From an uncultured Clostridium sp. (GTDB lineage: Bacteria; Bacillota; Clostridia; TANB77; CAG-508), in the NCBI GenBank assembly GCA_930990555.1, contig CAKNPW010000004.1:14570-78569 (forward strand): a DNA stretch of 64,000 nt, read 5' to 3'. Below the pieces are notes generated by a model. The model had not been told where the DNA came from, did not search any database, and worked only from the letters and a program-made list of their open reading frames with translations. The position numbers were made by a program, and so were the translations under genes. Below, piece by piece: positions 52,720 to 63,186 of the stretch; the first letter of the stretch is position 1, and each line of letters starts with the position of its first letter.

Positions 52720-53391
52720 ATGAGAATAGTAGAACCTTGGATAAAAGTAGAAAAAATTGATGGTAAAAAAATAATGAAAAGAATAGAAAGAGCTTGTAGA
52801 ACTTGCTATCGTTCAGAAGGTAAAATTACAGATGATAGTTATAAAAAATTACTAACAAATTGTATAACAAGAGGGCATGAATCTGTGTTAGAACATGAAA
52901 AAGTTACAGTTAGAATCTACGATGATGTTGGTTCTTACAAAGATCTAACAAGACATAGATTTGCAAGCTTTTCTGTAGAATCTACTAGATATTGTAGCTA
53001 TGATAAAGACAAATATGGTAATGAAATAGCATTTATTAATCCAGTTTATATAGAAGATAAAGAAACTTATGAAATTTGGAAAAACACAATGCAAGAAATA
53101 GAAAATAGTTATATAAAAATGAAAGAATTAGGTGCTTCAACAGATATGGTAAGAGAAATTCTTCCTCATTCAACAGCAGCAGAATACACTATGACTGCTA
53201 ATATTCGTGAATGGAAACATATTTTAGAATTAAGAACAACTAATCATGTACACCCAGCTATAAGACAGGTTTTAATTCCTTTATTATTATACTTTAAAGA
53301 GGAAATGCCAGAAATATTTGGTGATATCGAATATGATACAGAATTTGATGAAAAATATTATGCTAAACTATCTATAGAAGACGAAGTTTAA
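52720..53391 (+). CDS. thyX: FAD-dependent thymidylate synthase
   Basis: 223 aa. ThyX motif LTRHRFASFSVESTRY (RHRxxSxxxxS). Confidence 0.9.
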   Translation: MRIVEPWIKVEKIDGKKIMKRIERACRTCYRSEGKITDDSYKKLLTNCITRGHESVLEHEKVTVRIYDDVGSYKDLTRHRFASFSVESTRYCSYDKDKYGNEIAFINPVYIEDKETYEIWKNTMQEIENSYIKMKELGASTDMVREILPHSTAAEYTMTANIREWKHILELRTTNHVHPAIRQVLIPLLLYFKEEMPEIFGDIEYDTEFDEKYYAKLSIEDEV

Positions 53392-53453
53392 TTTATATAA
53401 ATTAATAATAAGACCTAAATTTACGTTTTGACTGTTATGACTTAAGAAAACAA

Positions 53454-53494
53454 AAAAATTGTTAGATGACTTTAATTTTCACCTAACAATTTTT
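53454..53494. terminator. Bidirectional terminator between thyX and the convergent operon
   Basis: 12-bp stem AAAAATTGTTAG / CTAACAATTTTT with T/A runs on both sides. Confidence 0.55.
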
Positions 53495-53551
53495 TATTTA
53501 TCTTCTAAATTATACTTTCCAAATCGAATAAAATCTTGCAACATTTATAAA

Positions 53552-54226
53552 TTATATTCCTGAATCATTATATTCATTATCTGTATCATAACTTCCACCT
53601 AAAGAATTTTCTAATTCGTCAACTTTTTCAGATAATCCTGGTAATAATATTTTTACTAACTCATCTGAATTACTAAATTTCCAAATTCCATTCTCTTTTA
53701 CTAAATTTATTTCTTCTGTAGCAGTTGTAGTTTCTGTTTCTTTCTCTATCTTTTCCTGAAATAAATTTCCTATCTTTTCTTCTGTCATTTCTTCACCAGT
53801 AAATGCTGAAGAAAAAGCTTGTGCTAACATTTCTGAAAAAACTTCTTCAACAACTTTTGAGAAATCTTTATTTGTAATATCTACATTAACAACTGCAGTT
53901 TTACCGTCTATTTTTGTTTCGTTTATTTTCCATGCAAGTTGTGTAAAACATGCCTTTGTTAGTTCTTCCTCTTCAGTTTCACTTGCTGATGTATCTGTTA
54001 AACCTGCCATTATTTCATTTTCTATAGATTTGTCTTTCTCTTCTGATGTAATATACTTATTAAGTACATCCATATCTCCATCTCTTAATGCTGTAAATGT
54101 TTCATCAATTGTTTTTTCTGGATTGTTGCCAAAGAAAATTGTTGCTACTATTGCAACTACTGCTATTACTACAATTGCAATGATTGCAATAATCCAAGCA
54201 CGTTTGTTACCATTTTTTGTTGCCAT
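53552..54226 (-). CDS. Membrane-anchored acidic protein, probably co-transcribed with the giant glucan-synthase-like gene
   Basis: 224 aa. N-terminal TM helix (WIIAIIAIVVIAVVAIVATIFF). Starts 65 nt after the upstream stop. Confidence 0.6.
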   Translation of the reverse strand: MATKNGNKRAWIIAIIAIVVIAVVAIVATIFFGNNPEKTIDETFTALRDGDMDVLNKYITSEEKDKSIENEIMAGLTDTSASETEEEELTKACFTQLAWKINETKIDGKTAVVNVDITNKDFSKVVEEVFSEMLAQAFSSAFTGEEMTEEKIGNLFQEKIEKETETTTATEEINLVKENGIWKFSNSDELVKILLPGLSEKVDELENSLGGSYDTDNEYNDSGI

Positions 54227-54290
54227 TATTATTCCCCCTTTTTTCCCTTATATTACTATAGTTAATCTGAAAAGTAAATACAACTTAATA

Positions 54291-57200
54291 TTACATTATT
54301 ATTTCAATATTATATATCTCTCCATCATCTATTAGTTTAATTTTTTTCTCATATACTTCATTACCATTGCAATACATTTTTGTAACTCCTACATTCTTCT
54401 CTTCTGGATTTCGTACGATAATATGATATATTGTGCTTTTATATTTAAAACTTATCTTATATTCTTTCCAATCTTTAGAAATACATGGCTCTATTTTTAA
54501 ATATTCGTTACATATTTTTAAGCCCAAAATATATTCAATTCCAGCAGTATATAACCAACCACTAGAACCTGTATACCAAGTCCAACCGCCTCTTCCTGCT
54601 AAATTTCTACTACTATATACATCTGCAGCAACCACATATGGTTCTACTTTATATTTATTAGTACTTTGTTTTGTTCTGGTATGTTCTATTGGATTTATCA
54701 ATTTGAACATATCTACTGCTTTATCTCCAAATCCTAATAAGCTTTCTGCAATTATTGCCCATATAGCACCATGTGTGTATTGTCCTCCATTTTCTCTAAC
54801 TCCTGGTAAATAAGATTTTATATATCCTGGTTCTAATTTTCCATTTTCAAAAGGTGGATCTAATAACTTTATTAATCCATTTTCTCTATCTACTAAATGT
54901 GTTTCTAAACTATCCATACTTATAAATTTCTTTTCGTTATCTGCTGCCCCAGAAATTACTCCCCAGCTTTGCGAAATTCCATCTATTCTACATTCTTCAT
55001 TTTCCATGCTTCCAAGAGGGGTACCATCATCCATAAATGCACGTTTAAACCATTTTCCATCCCATGCATTCTTATTAACATTTCTTTGTAAATTTGTCAT
55101 AACCTCTTTATATTTTTCATCATCATCTATTTTTATAATATTAATCCATTTGTTTAGAATATCGTACAAGAAAAATGCAAGCCATACACTTTCCCCTTTT
55201 CCTTGTATACCAACATTTGAAAGTCCGTCATTCCAGTCTCCAGAACCAATTTTAGGTAATCCGTTTTCACCAAAGTCAAAAGCCCTTTCTATAGCTTTTT
55301 TACAATGCTCATATATTGTTCCTTTCTCTTCTGAAGCATTATATAAACTATATCTTTCTACTTCTCCTTCTTTTAACTCTTCACCTTCCAGATAATTTGT
55401 TTCTATATCTAATATTGTTCTATCTCCTGTAATTTTTATATATTCTAACACAGCATATGGAAGCCACAACAGATCATCAGAAAACCTAGTTCGTATTCCC
55501 ATTTTACTTGCATCATGCCACCAATGTTCTACATCTCCTTGTATAAATTGGTGCTTACTATTTTTTATTATTTGACTTTTTAGTATATTTATATCTATAT
55601 ATTTCATATTAAGCGCATCCTGAAGTTGGTCTCTAAAACCTACTGCTCCACCAGATTGATAATATCCTGTTTTTCCTAACAACCTAGATGCTAGTGTTTG
55701 ATAAACTAGCCATCCATTTAGCAATATATTCATAGATTCTAATGGTGTTTCCACCTGTATAGTATTTATAATATTTTTCCAGTACTCTTTTGTATCTTCT
55801 AAAGCTGTTTTACAATTTTCTATATTCTTATATTTTCTGACTAGCTCAGGAATATTATCTTTAGTATCTTCTCCGAATATTAATGATATATCTTTACTTT
55901 CATATGGTTTTAATTCTATATTTACTTTAATTGCAATACATGATTCTTCTCCTAATCCATTACTATTATCTAAACTATTAATAAATAGTGCAGAAGGCTT
56001 TTTAATGGTATCATTTCCTATAAAAGATTTTTTGCTACCAGTAAATGAATCAATATCCAAATTACTAGAAACAAAAGTTCTCTCATCTATTAATTCATCA
56101 TATCTGTTAATTGCATAAACAATATTGTCTTTAGTTTTTACCTCTATTTTTCCATTTGTTTGTAACTCATCTTCACCTAAAACTGGTTTTAAATAATAAA
56201 ATATACTAATCTTTTTTAATTTATCTGTAGTATTTTTTAAGTTAATTAAGTTTATTTTTAACTTATCTTCTTTTGGTACAAATACTTCATCCTCTTGTAT
56301 TATTCCATCTGCTGTATGTGTAAACTTAGCATATCCAAATCCATATGTTGCATAATAATCATTATCGTCTTCTACAACTCTATTTCCTATTGTCCAAAAT
56401 CTTTTATTTTCATTATCTATAAAATATATAAGCTCTGAAGGAATATCCTTACTCGCATAATTGGTAAATGCAGTTAATCTGTTTAATCTACTATTTTCAT
56501 TCCAGGTATATCCTCCACCACCATCTGTAACTAGTGTTCCAAATTCCTTATTTGCAAGCACATGGCTCCAGATTGTAGGAAGCACAATATCCTTATTTGT
56601 CTTTATATAATATTCTTTACCATTTTTAGAAAATGCACCATACTCATTATAATATTTCAAGTTTTCTACAGAATCAATTTTATCTAATGCTGGAGTTCGT
56701 ATCTGTTCTGTATTTTTTACTTCTATTTTTTCTAATGGGTTTGTTATCGCTTTTCGTTGTTTATTATAAATTTTCTTAATTTTATTTAATTGATAATTTA
56801 TATTACCTAAATTTGCATCTATTATTAAATCTGACACAAATGTAATCAAGTCATTTTCTGCTTTTGTAAGTTTATTTGAAACTAATACAAATATTCCAGT
56901 TCTTATATTTTTCATATAGTCTAAGTGAGCATTTAAAATACAATTATTTATATACTCAATTAAATATTCCTCTTCTGCTAATACAATAAACTCAATTTGA
57001 ATATTTTTTATTCGTAAAATTTCATATAATTTTAAAAGTTGATTTAACAAATACATATCATTTATATTTTTTAGTTTTAATGTTAATATTGGAAAATCAC
57101 CAGAAATACCAAACTTCCATAAATCTGCCCTTTTAAATTTTTCGTTTTTTATCTTATTTCTATAATACCATCTAACATAATTAGGTTTTATTAATAAAGA

Positions 57201-60200
57201 TATTAATTTTTGATATTCGGCAAGTTCAGTTCCTTTTATTTGTAAATATCTTGCCTCTTCTATTGCTTTAGCTTTAGAAATTTCAAATATATTTCGTATA
57301 GCTTCTTGATTTTTTATTTTTTCTATATTAGCTACTGAATCTTCCTTTGTTTCTGCAACTGAAATTATAAAATATAGCTCTACAGTTTCGTGTGCAGGAA
57401 TCTTTAACGTTCTTTTTATAGCTACGATTGGCTCTGTAACAAGACCTATAGAATTAGAAAATCTTTTCCCTTCTTTTATTTGTTTTGGCATATTCATATC
57501 ATTAAAATCATTAAATTTCTGCGCATCTATCTCATATTCTAATTCTCCCATTGTTTCATTTTCTGTATAAAAATTAACACCTAAAAATATATCTTTTCCT
57601 TTACTATCTCTTTTTCTTCTTTCTAAAATTAATGTTTGTTTTTCGCTATTAAAATCATATCTTAAAAATAAATTATTGAATGCTTTATGTGAGATATCTG
57701 CATTTATATCAGATATAATTGGCTCAAAGCAGCCTGTAACTTCAATTATTTCGTCTTCATTACCAATATTAGTAAATTCAATTTTTCTTACTTCTGTTGG
57801 CTCATTTTGGCTAACTGTTACATCTACTTTTGTTTCTATATTTCCATCTATTCTTTCTATAGAATTGCTATCTGGCTTAAAAACAACTTTAAATTTATTT
57901 GGCTTTACTATATCTCTGCAATAGTTTGAGGTCCAAATTTTATTGCCATTTACATTTCTCATAAAGAAATTAATTCCTTGCGAATTGTCATCTGTATATT
58001 TATACCTATTAATATATATACCATTAAATTTACTATAACCATTTCCCTTTTCATCCATTAAAACAGTATAATCTTGATTAGAAATTACATTGCATCTATT
58101 TGCCTTTTCTATATCATCTAATTCAATTCTATAATATGATTCATAATCTTTATATTTAAGTTTTTCTGGCACTTCCTTTTTCTCCTTTGTAATAATAATA
58201 TCTTCTGGCATTCTTTCTTGTAATAAAATCTCTGTAGCTTCTATTTCTGGGTTTTTAGAAAATCTTTGCTGGATAATATTCTTGTGAAAAAAGTTATTTA
58301 TAGAGATTAAAATTAATGCTTGATGATGTGCCATAAATGTTTTTACAACTTCTTTTTTCTCGTTTTCTTTTAGCCTACTTTTGGTATAATCTATTGCTTC
58401 ATACATTCCATATTTCCCAAAAACGCCCTCTTTTTCCATTCGCTCTATATTTTCTAATACTTCTCTTGGATAATCGCAAATAGCTAAAACAGTACCATAT
58501 GATGAAACTACCATCTCATCACCTAGTCCCCTTTTTAATCCAAGCCAAGGTATTCCAAAAGCTTTATATTGATAATTTGACTTTAAATCTTTCAAGTTAA
58601 ATGCTGATTCAGATATTCCCCATGGTATGTTTAATTTTTCACTATATTTTATCTGGCTCATAATCATAAATTTACATGATTCATCTAATAAACTACCATG
58701 ATAGCTTTTCATATTTATATTTGGCATTAGGTATTCAAATGCAGTACCAGACCACGAAATTAACCCTTTATATCCATCCATTGCAGTTAAAGTTCGATTT
58801 AAACTGCTCCAATGTTTTACAGGAACATCTTTTTTAGAAATTGCAATAAAACTAGCTTGTCTTGCTTCTGAAGCTAATAAATCATAATATGAATCTGTGA
58901 GCTTATTTTCGTTTACATTGAAACCAATAGAAAATAACTTCGAGGAAGCATCATATAGTAATGAAAAATCAGTTTGTTCAATAATTTTGTTTATAATTGA
59001 GATATAATTTTCTACGTTTTCATATAGTCTATTATGTTCTTTTAAAAATTGTTTTACGACATAAAGATATCCTACAAAATTACCGCTATCCACTGTTGAA
59101 ACATATCTTGGTTCAAGTGGTTTTAGTGTCTTTATGTCATACCAGTTATATAAATGACCATTCCACTTTTCTAATTTTGTTACTGTATCTATCATATTTT
59201 GTAGTAATTTAACACTAGCATATATATTTTCAAACCCCATATCATATGCAGAAATCACAGCTACCATTGCTAGTCCTATATTGGTAGAAGATGTCCTATT
59301 TACTACTTTATTTTTCCTGCTTTCTTGATAATTATCTGGTGGTAAATAATTATTTTCTTTTATCAAATAGTCTTTAAAATAATTCCAAGTATTATGAGCA
59401 ATATCTACTATATAATTCTGATGCTTTTTGTCTATCTTTTTTAATGGATCTTTTTCTGGGAGTTCTTTACTAAGTTCAAATGCTGCGATTGGTGATAACA
59501 GCCATAATATTCCAAGAATTATTGCAATAAGATTAATATTAAAAGCATTTATTACAACTGCTAAGATTAGATTTATAAACATATATCCCACATATGAATC
59601 TAAATCGTTATCTTTATTTGCCTCTGCCTCTTCTGCTGTTGTCCATTCAAGTAATTTTTTCTTGCTTACATATTTCCTATAAATAGCTTGTATTATTGCT
59701 TTTATTTCTACATATGTTTTTGTAGGTAAAAATCCTATATTTAATACAAATTTTATAATAGCTCCTTTTCCACCAGTTACAATTGGAGTAAATGACTTTT
59801 TGAATTTTTCGCCATCTTTTCTAGCTATAATTTTATTTACTACTTCTAAAATTATTGTTATACATACAGATAATATTGCAATTAACACTATACTAACTTT
59901 ATGTGTATAAATTCCTATTGCTAATAAAATTAGTTCAAATAAACTTATTAGACTTCTTCTTAAATTATCAAATATTTTGTATTTTGAAAGTTTATTTATT
60001 GGATTTTTTATTCTTTCATTTTTTGCATTTTGAATATGTTTACATAGCCAATTACATATTTGCCAATCTCCACGAATCCATCTGTTTTGTCTTGTTGTAT
60101 AAGACATAAACTTGCTTGGGTATCCATCCATTAATAATATGTCTGTGGCAAGTCCACATCTTAAATATGAACCTTCCAATAAGTCATGACTTAATACTGT

Positions 60201-62282
60201 ATACTCTGGGATTGCATTTTTCATTACATTATAAAAAATATTAAGTTCATATATTCCTTTTCCTGTAAATATTCCCTCACCAAAATTATCTTGATAGAAA
60301 TCAGAAATTGCATTTGTATACAAATCAGTTCCTGCTGATCCTGCAAAAATTCTACTAAACCATGATTTTTCTGCTTCTCTTAAATCTATTCCTACTTTTG
60401 GTTGAATTATTCCATGCCCTTCTATTACTACGCCATCTTTTAAAATAGGTTTATTTAATATATGCTCCATTGTCCCAATTAACTCAAATGCGGAATTTAA
60501 AATAAGATTTGTGTCAGAATCCAATGTTATAATATATTTTATCTTTGGTATTTCTTTCATATTGTTTATTGTATTTGCTACAAAATCTTCTTCAGTTCTA
60601 TTTATTAGGAAAGAATTAAATTGCATAAGTAATCCTCTTTTTCTTTCCCATCCTAAATATTCATTTTCTCCTTCGTACCATCTTCTTTTTCTATATAGAA
60701 AATTAAAAATTTCTTTATTATATTTTTTATTTAATTCATTTGCACAATGTATTCCAGCAAGTATAATTTCTTTATCACCTTTTCTTTTCTCTATTTTAGA
60801 TGGCTTGCAATCTCCAAGTAAAGTAAAATATAAGTTATCGCTTTTATTTGCTAAATAATATACTTCTAGCTTTTTAAACATCTCTTCTACTTTTTTGTCA
60901 GAACTTAAAATAGTAGGTATTACCACCATTGTGGCTTGCTCTTTTGTAATTGTATTTTGCAAATCTATTTTAGGAAGTAATTTAGGTTTTACTATTTTGC
61001 TTAATACATACTGTGTCACTTGATTTATTACCTCTTGTATTGGTAATAAGAAAATTAAACTTAATAAATAATTATTGTATATTTTTCCTAATAATATTGA
61101 AATTACTATAGCAAGTCCCCATACAATTCCTATTATCAAATTTAATTTAAGTTTATTACTTATTTCAATTGGATTATATTCTATTTCTTTATATAATTCT
61201 GTTTTTCCTTGATCGATTAAATAATAACCAATATGACTTTTTTTACCTTGCTTTCCTGTTCCTAGCTCTACAATTTTCTTTGCAATATATACTTCTGATA
61301 TTTTTGTTTTCTTTGATAATTCTTTTATTTTTCCTCTATAATATGCTTTTGTCTTGTAATCCATTTTGTCATATACTTGCGCTGGATCAAGTTTTAATAT
61401 TTCTTCTACCCCATTTATTTTTTCAAAAATTTCTTGAAAATCTATTCTAGATATATTTTTTAGAGTTGTTATACAATTTCCCATAAGTACTTTTTTTATT
61501 GCGATATCAAAATGTTCCTTTTTTATAACATCATTTATATTTGTTCCCATCTTTTCTACTGACTCTTCTAATGCCTCTATATAGTCATAACTGTCTTTAT
61601 CTGTTTTCTTTAACTTATATGACATATATTCTATGAATGGATATTTCATTTCTCCATACCCAAATTTATAGCTTTTATATGGCTTTTTATTAAATACTTG
61701 GTTCTCTTTTGTCTTTAGCTCTACCAATCTTTCTATTATATTTTCTGCTCTATACTTTTGCATTTGACTAGCATAAATTTTTTCGCAAATATTTTTTATA
61801 TTTTCTATAATAACAATTTTTATAAATAGCTCTATATTCCATATTTCATCCATGTTTAGCGTTTTTCTTTTTTGGTATGAAGTTAGCATAAATTCCAAAT
61901 TTTCTTTATTTATATTACTATCTGTATAAGCACACATTTCCTTTGCTAAAATATATATTCTCGCAAAACCGGCATAAGGGCCATTATCTAGCCCTAAAAA
62001 TTTTTTATATTTTTTTAAATCTAACTCATCTTTTATCTGTTTTACTCTTTCTTCTATAATATAATAATTATCTAATAACCATTCCCCTGCTGGATGAATA
62101 TCTATTCCTAATTTTATATGTTCATTTAGTAAATTATATACCATAGTAATATATTCAAAATCTTTTGTTAAATTTGGTATTGGATATGTTCTTTCATCAG
62201 ATTCCGATTTTAAATTATGATCAGAAGCTAATTTTTCCATATATTTTTCTAGTTGTTTTTTATCTAATAAAACACCAAACAT
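54291..62282 (-). CDS. Giant cyclic beta-1,2-glucan synthase-like protein (GT84-type glycosyltransferase plus GH94-type phosphorylase region)
   Basis: 2663 aa. Internal TM segments. Glycosyltransferase motifs TLDSDT and TRQNRWIRGDWQ (QxxRW). C-terminal GH94-like motifs GGGYTWNENSRLNRLT, RTRFSDDLLWLP and GDWNDGLS. Confidence 0.8.
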   Translation of the reverse strand: MFGVLLDKKQLEKYMEKLASDHNLKSESDERTYPIPNLTKDFEYITMVYNLLNEHIKLGIDIHPAGEWLLDNYYIIEERVKQIKDELDLKKYKKFLGLDNGPYAGFARIYILAKEMCAYTDSNINKENLEFMLTSYQKRKTLNMDEIWNIELFIKIVIIENIKNICEKIYASQMQKYRAENIIERLVELKTKENQVFNKKPYKSYKFGYGEMKYPFIEYMSYKLKKTDKDSYDYIEALEESVEKMGTNINDVIKKEHFDIAIKKVLMGNCITTLKNISRIDFQEIFEKINGVEEILKLDPAQVYDKMDYKTKAYYRGKIKELSKKTKISEVYIAKKIVELGTGKQGKKSHIGYYLIDQGKTELYKEIEYNPIEISNKLKLNLIIGIVWGLAIVISILLGKIYNNYLLSLIFLLPIQEVINQVTQYVLSKIVKPKLLPKIDLQNTITKEQATMVVIPTILSSDKKVEEMFKKLEVYYLANKSDNLYFTLLGDCKPSKIEKRKGDKEIILAGIHCANELNKKYNKEIFNFLYRKRRWYEGENEYLGWERKRGLLMQFNSFLINRTEEDFVANTINNMKEIPKIKYIITLDSDTNLILNSAFELIGTMEHILNKPILKDGVVIEGHGIIQPKVGIDLREAEKSWFSRIFAGSAGTDLYTNAISDFYQDNFGEGIFTGKGIYELNIFYNVMKNAIPEYTVLSHDLLEGSYLRCGLATDILLMDGYPSKFMSYTTRQNRWIRGDWQICNWLCKHIQNAKNERIKNPINKLSKYKIFDNLRRSLISLFELILLAIGIYTHKVSIVLIAILSVCITIILEVVNKIIARKDGEKFKKSFTPIVTGGKGAIIKFVLNIGFLPTKTYVEIKAIIQAIYRKYVSKKKLLEWTTAEEAEANKDNDLDSYVGYMFINLILAVVINAFNINLIAIILGILWLLSPIAAFELSKELPEKDPLKKIDKKHQNYIVDIAHNTWNYFKDYLIKENNYLPPDNYQESRKNKVVNRTSSTNIGLAMVAVISAYDMGFENIYASVKLLQNMIDTVTKLEKWNGHLYNWYDIKTLKPLEPRYVSTVDSGNFVGYLYVVKQFLKEHNRLYENVENYISIINKIIEQTDFSLLYDASSKLFSIGFNVNENKLTDSYYDLLASEARQASFIAISKKDVPVKHWSSLNRTLTAMDGYKGLISWSGTAFEYLMPNINMKSYHGSLLDESCKFMIMSQIKYSEKLNIPWGISESAFNLKDLKSNYQYKAFGIPWLGLKRGLGDEMVVSSYGTVLAICDYPREVLENIERMEKEGVFGKYGMYEAIDYTKSRLKENEKKEVVKTFMAHHQALILISINNFFHKNIIQQRFSKNPEIEATEILLQERMPEDIIITKEKKEVPEKLKYKDYESYYRIELDDIEKANRCNVISNQDYTVLMDEKGNGYSKFNGIYINRYKYTDDNSQGINFFMRNVNGNKIWTSNYCRDIVKPNKFKVVFKPDSNSIERIDGNIETKVDVTVSQNEPTEVRKIEFTNIGNEDEIIEVTGCFEPIISDINADISHKAFNNLFLRYDFNSEKQTLILERRKRDSKGKDIFLGVNFYTENETMGELEYEIDAQKFNDFNDMNMPKQIKEGKRFSNSIGLVTEPIVAIKRTLKIPAHETVELYFIISVAETKEDSVANIEKIKNQEAIRNIFEISKAKAIEEARYLQIKGTELAEYQKLISLLIKPNYVRWYYRNKIKNEKFKRADLWKFGISGDFPILTLKLKNINDMYLLNQLLKLYEILRIKNIQIEFIVLAEEEYLIEYINNCILNAHLDYMKNIRTGIFVLVSNKLTKAENDLITFVSDLIIDANLGNINYQLNKIKKIYNKQRKAITNPLEKIEVKNTEQIRTPALDKIDSVENLKYYNEYGAFSKNGKEYYIKTNKDIVLPTIWSHVLANKEFGTLVTDGGGGYTWNENSRLNRLTAFTNYASKDIPSELIYFIDNENKRFWTIGNRVVEDDNDYYATYGFGYAKFTHTADGIIQEDEVFVPKEDKLKINLINLKNTTDKLKKISIFYYLKPVLGEDELQTNGKIEVKTKDNIVYAINRYDELIDERTFVSSNLDIDSFTGSKKSFIGNDTIKKPSALFINSLDNSNGLGEESCIAIKVNIELKPYESKDISLIFGEDTKDNIPELVRKYKNIENCKTALEDTKEYWKNIINTIQVETPLESMNILLNGWLVYQTLASRLLGKTGYYQSGGAVGFRDQLQDALNMKYIDINILKSQIIKNSKHQFIQGDVEHWWHDASKMGIRTRFSDDLLWLPYAVLEYIKITGDRTILDIETNYLEGEELKEGEVERYSLYNASEEKGTIYEHCKKAIERAFDFGENGLPKIGSGDWNDGLSNVGIQGKGESVWLAFFLYDILNKWINIIKIDDDEKYKEVMTNLQRNVNKNAWDGKWFKRAFMDDGTPLGSMENEECRIDGISQSWGVISGAADNEKKFISMDSLETHLVDRENGLIKLLDPPFENGKLEPGYIKSYLPGVRENGGQYTHGAIWAIIAESLLGFGDKAVDMFKLINPIEHTRTKQSTNKYKVEPYVVAADVYSSRNLAGRGGWTWYTGSSGWLYTAGIEYILGLKICNEYLKIEPCISKDWKEYKISFKYKSTIYHIIVRNPEEKNVGVTKMYCNGNEVYEKKIKLIDDGEIYNIEIIM

Positions 62283-62344
62283 GTTATTATCACTCCTAAA
62301 ACAGTATTAGGCTTATTTTTTCCATGTTTGGTAATTTTATTCAT

Positions 62345-62372
62345 CGGGATTTGGGGACGTTCCTTTTTTCCC
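62345..62372. repeat. Type-A element between cwlD and the giant gene
   Basis: CGGGATTTGGGGACGTTCCTTTTTTCCC. Confidence 0.65.
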
Positions 62373-62405
62373 TATTTATAAATTTTGTATTTAGTAATAA
62401 TCATA

Positions 62406-63120
62406 TTATGACTCATAAAAATAATCATTTATTCCATTATATATTCCCCATGCTAATCGGTTTTGGTAATCGTCTTCTTGTAATTTATTTTCTTCTTCCT
62501 TATTTGATAAAAAGCCACATTCTACTATTGTAAGTGGTATTTCTACATTTTTTACTATGTATACATTATCTATTTTCATTGGCACTCTGTTATTTTCTTT
62601 TTCCACTGCCTCTTTTAAACTTTCCTGTATTGCTGTTGCCAACTTTTCTCCTTGCTCATTATCTTTTTTATAAAATGTCTGCCACCCTGAATATTGTTCC
62701 TGTGGTATTTTATTTAAATGTATTGATACAAATATGTCTGCTGATGATGAATTTCCTATTTTTACTCTATTCCTTATATCAGATACTTTTTTCTGTTTTA
62801 ATGTTGTTTTATCTATATCATAAATTCCATTTTCATCTGATCTTGTTAATATTACTGTCGCTCCACTTTGCTCTAATAAATTCTGCAACTTTAATGCTAT
62901 TTTTAAATTGATTTCAGCTTCTGAAATTCCATCTGCACTAACAGCTCCGTCCATCTGGCTCCCCATGTCCTGCGTCTATGACTATTACTTTATTACTAAC
63001 AGGTAAAGCTACCGTTTCTACTGTTTCTGGCTCTATAAATATCTGCGATATTCCTAATGCTAACACTACCAATAAAAAAATTCCAAGCACCATTATTCTT
63101 TTTTTACTTAAGAAAAACAT
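62406..63120 (-). pseudogene. cwlD: Germination-type N-acetylmuramoyl-L-alanine amidase with an apparent 1-nt frameshift (or assembly indel)
   Basis: The N-terminal ORF ends VIVIDAGHGEPDGRSC*. The second ORF continues in another frame as ...DGAVSADGISEAEINLKIA. Removing one base in GATGGACGGAGCTGTT (about 62949) restores IDAGHGEPDGGAVSADG, the normal amidase_3 motif. Confidence 0.75.
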
Positions 63121-63132
63121 TTTACACCTCAA

Positions 63133-63172
63133 AAAATCTCATATAGTTTTATTATAACTATATGAGATTTTT
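63133..63172 (-). terminator. Terminator of aspS
   Basis: 16-bp perfect stem AAAATCTCATATAGTT / AACTATATGAGATTTT followed by TTTTTT on the minus strand. Confidence 0.7.
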
Positions 63173-63186
63173 AATTTTTTATGTAT

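Noticed and set aside
62941-62955. The 10-mer GGACGGAGCT at the cwlD frameshift also occurs in the loop of the type-B repeat (10383-10392, reverse strand).
   Set aside because: The match is only 10 nt with no similarity in the flanks. I treat it as coincidence, and it is not evidence that a repeat element was inserted into cwlD.
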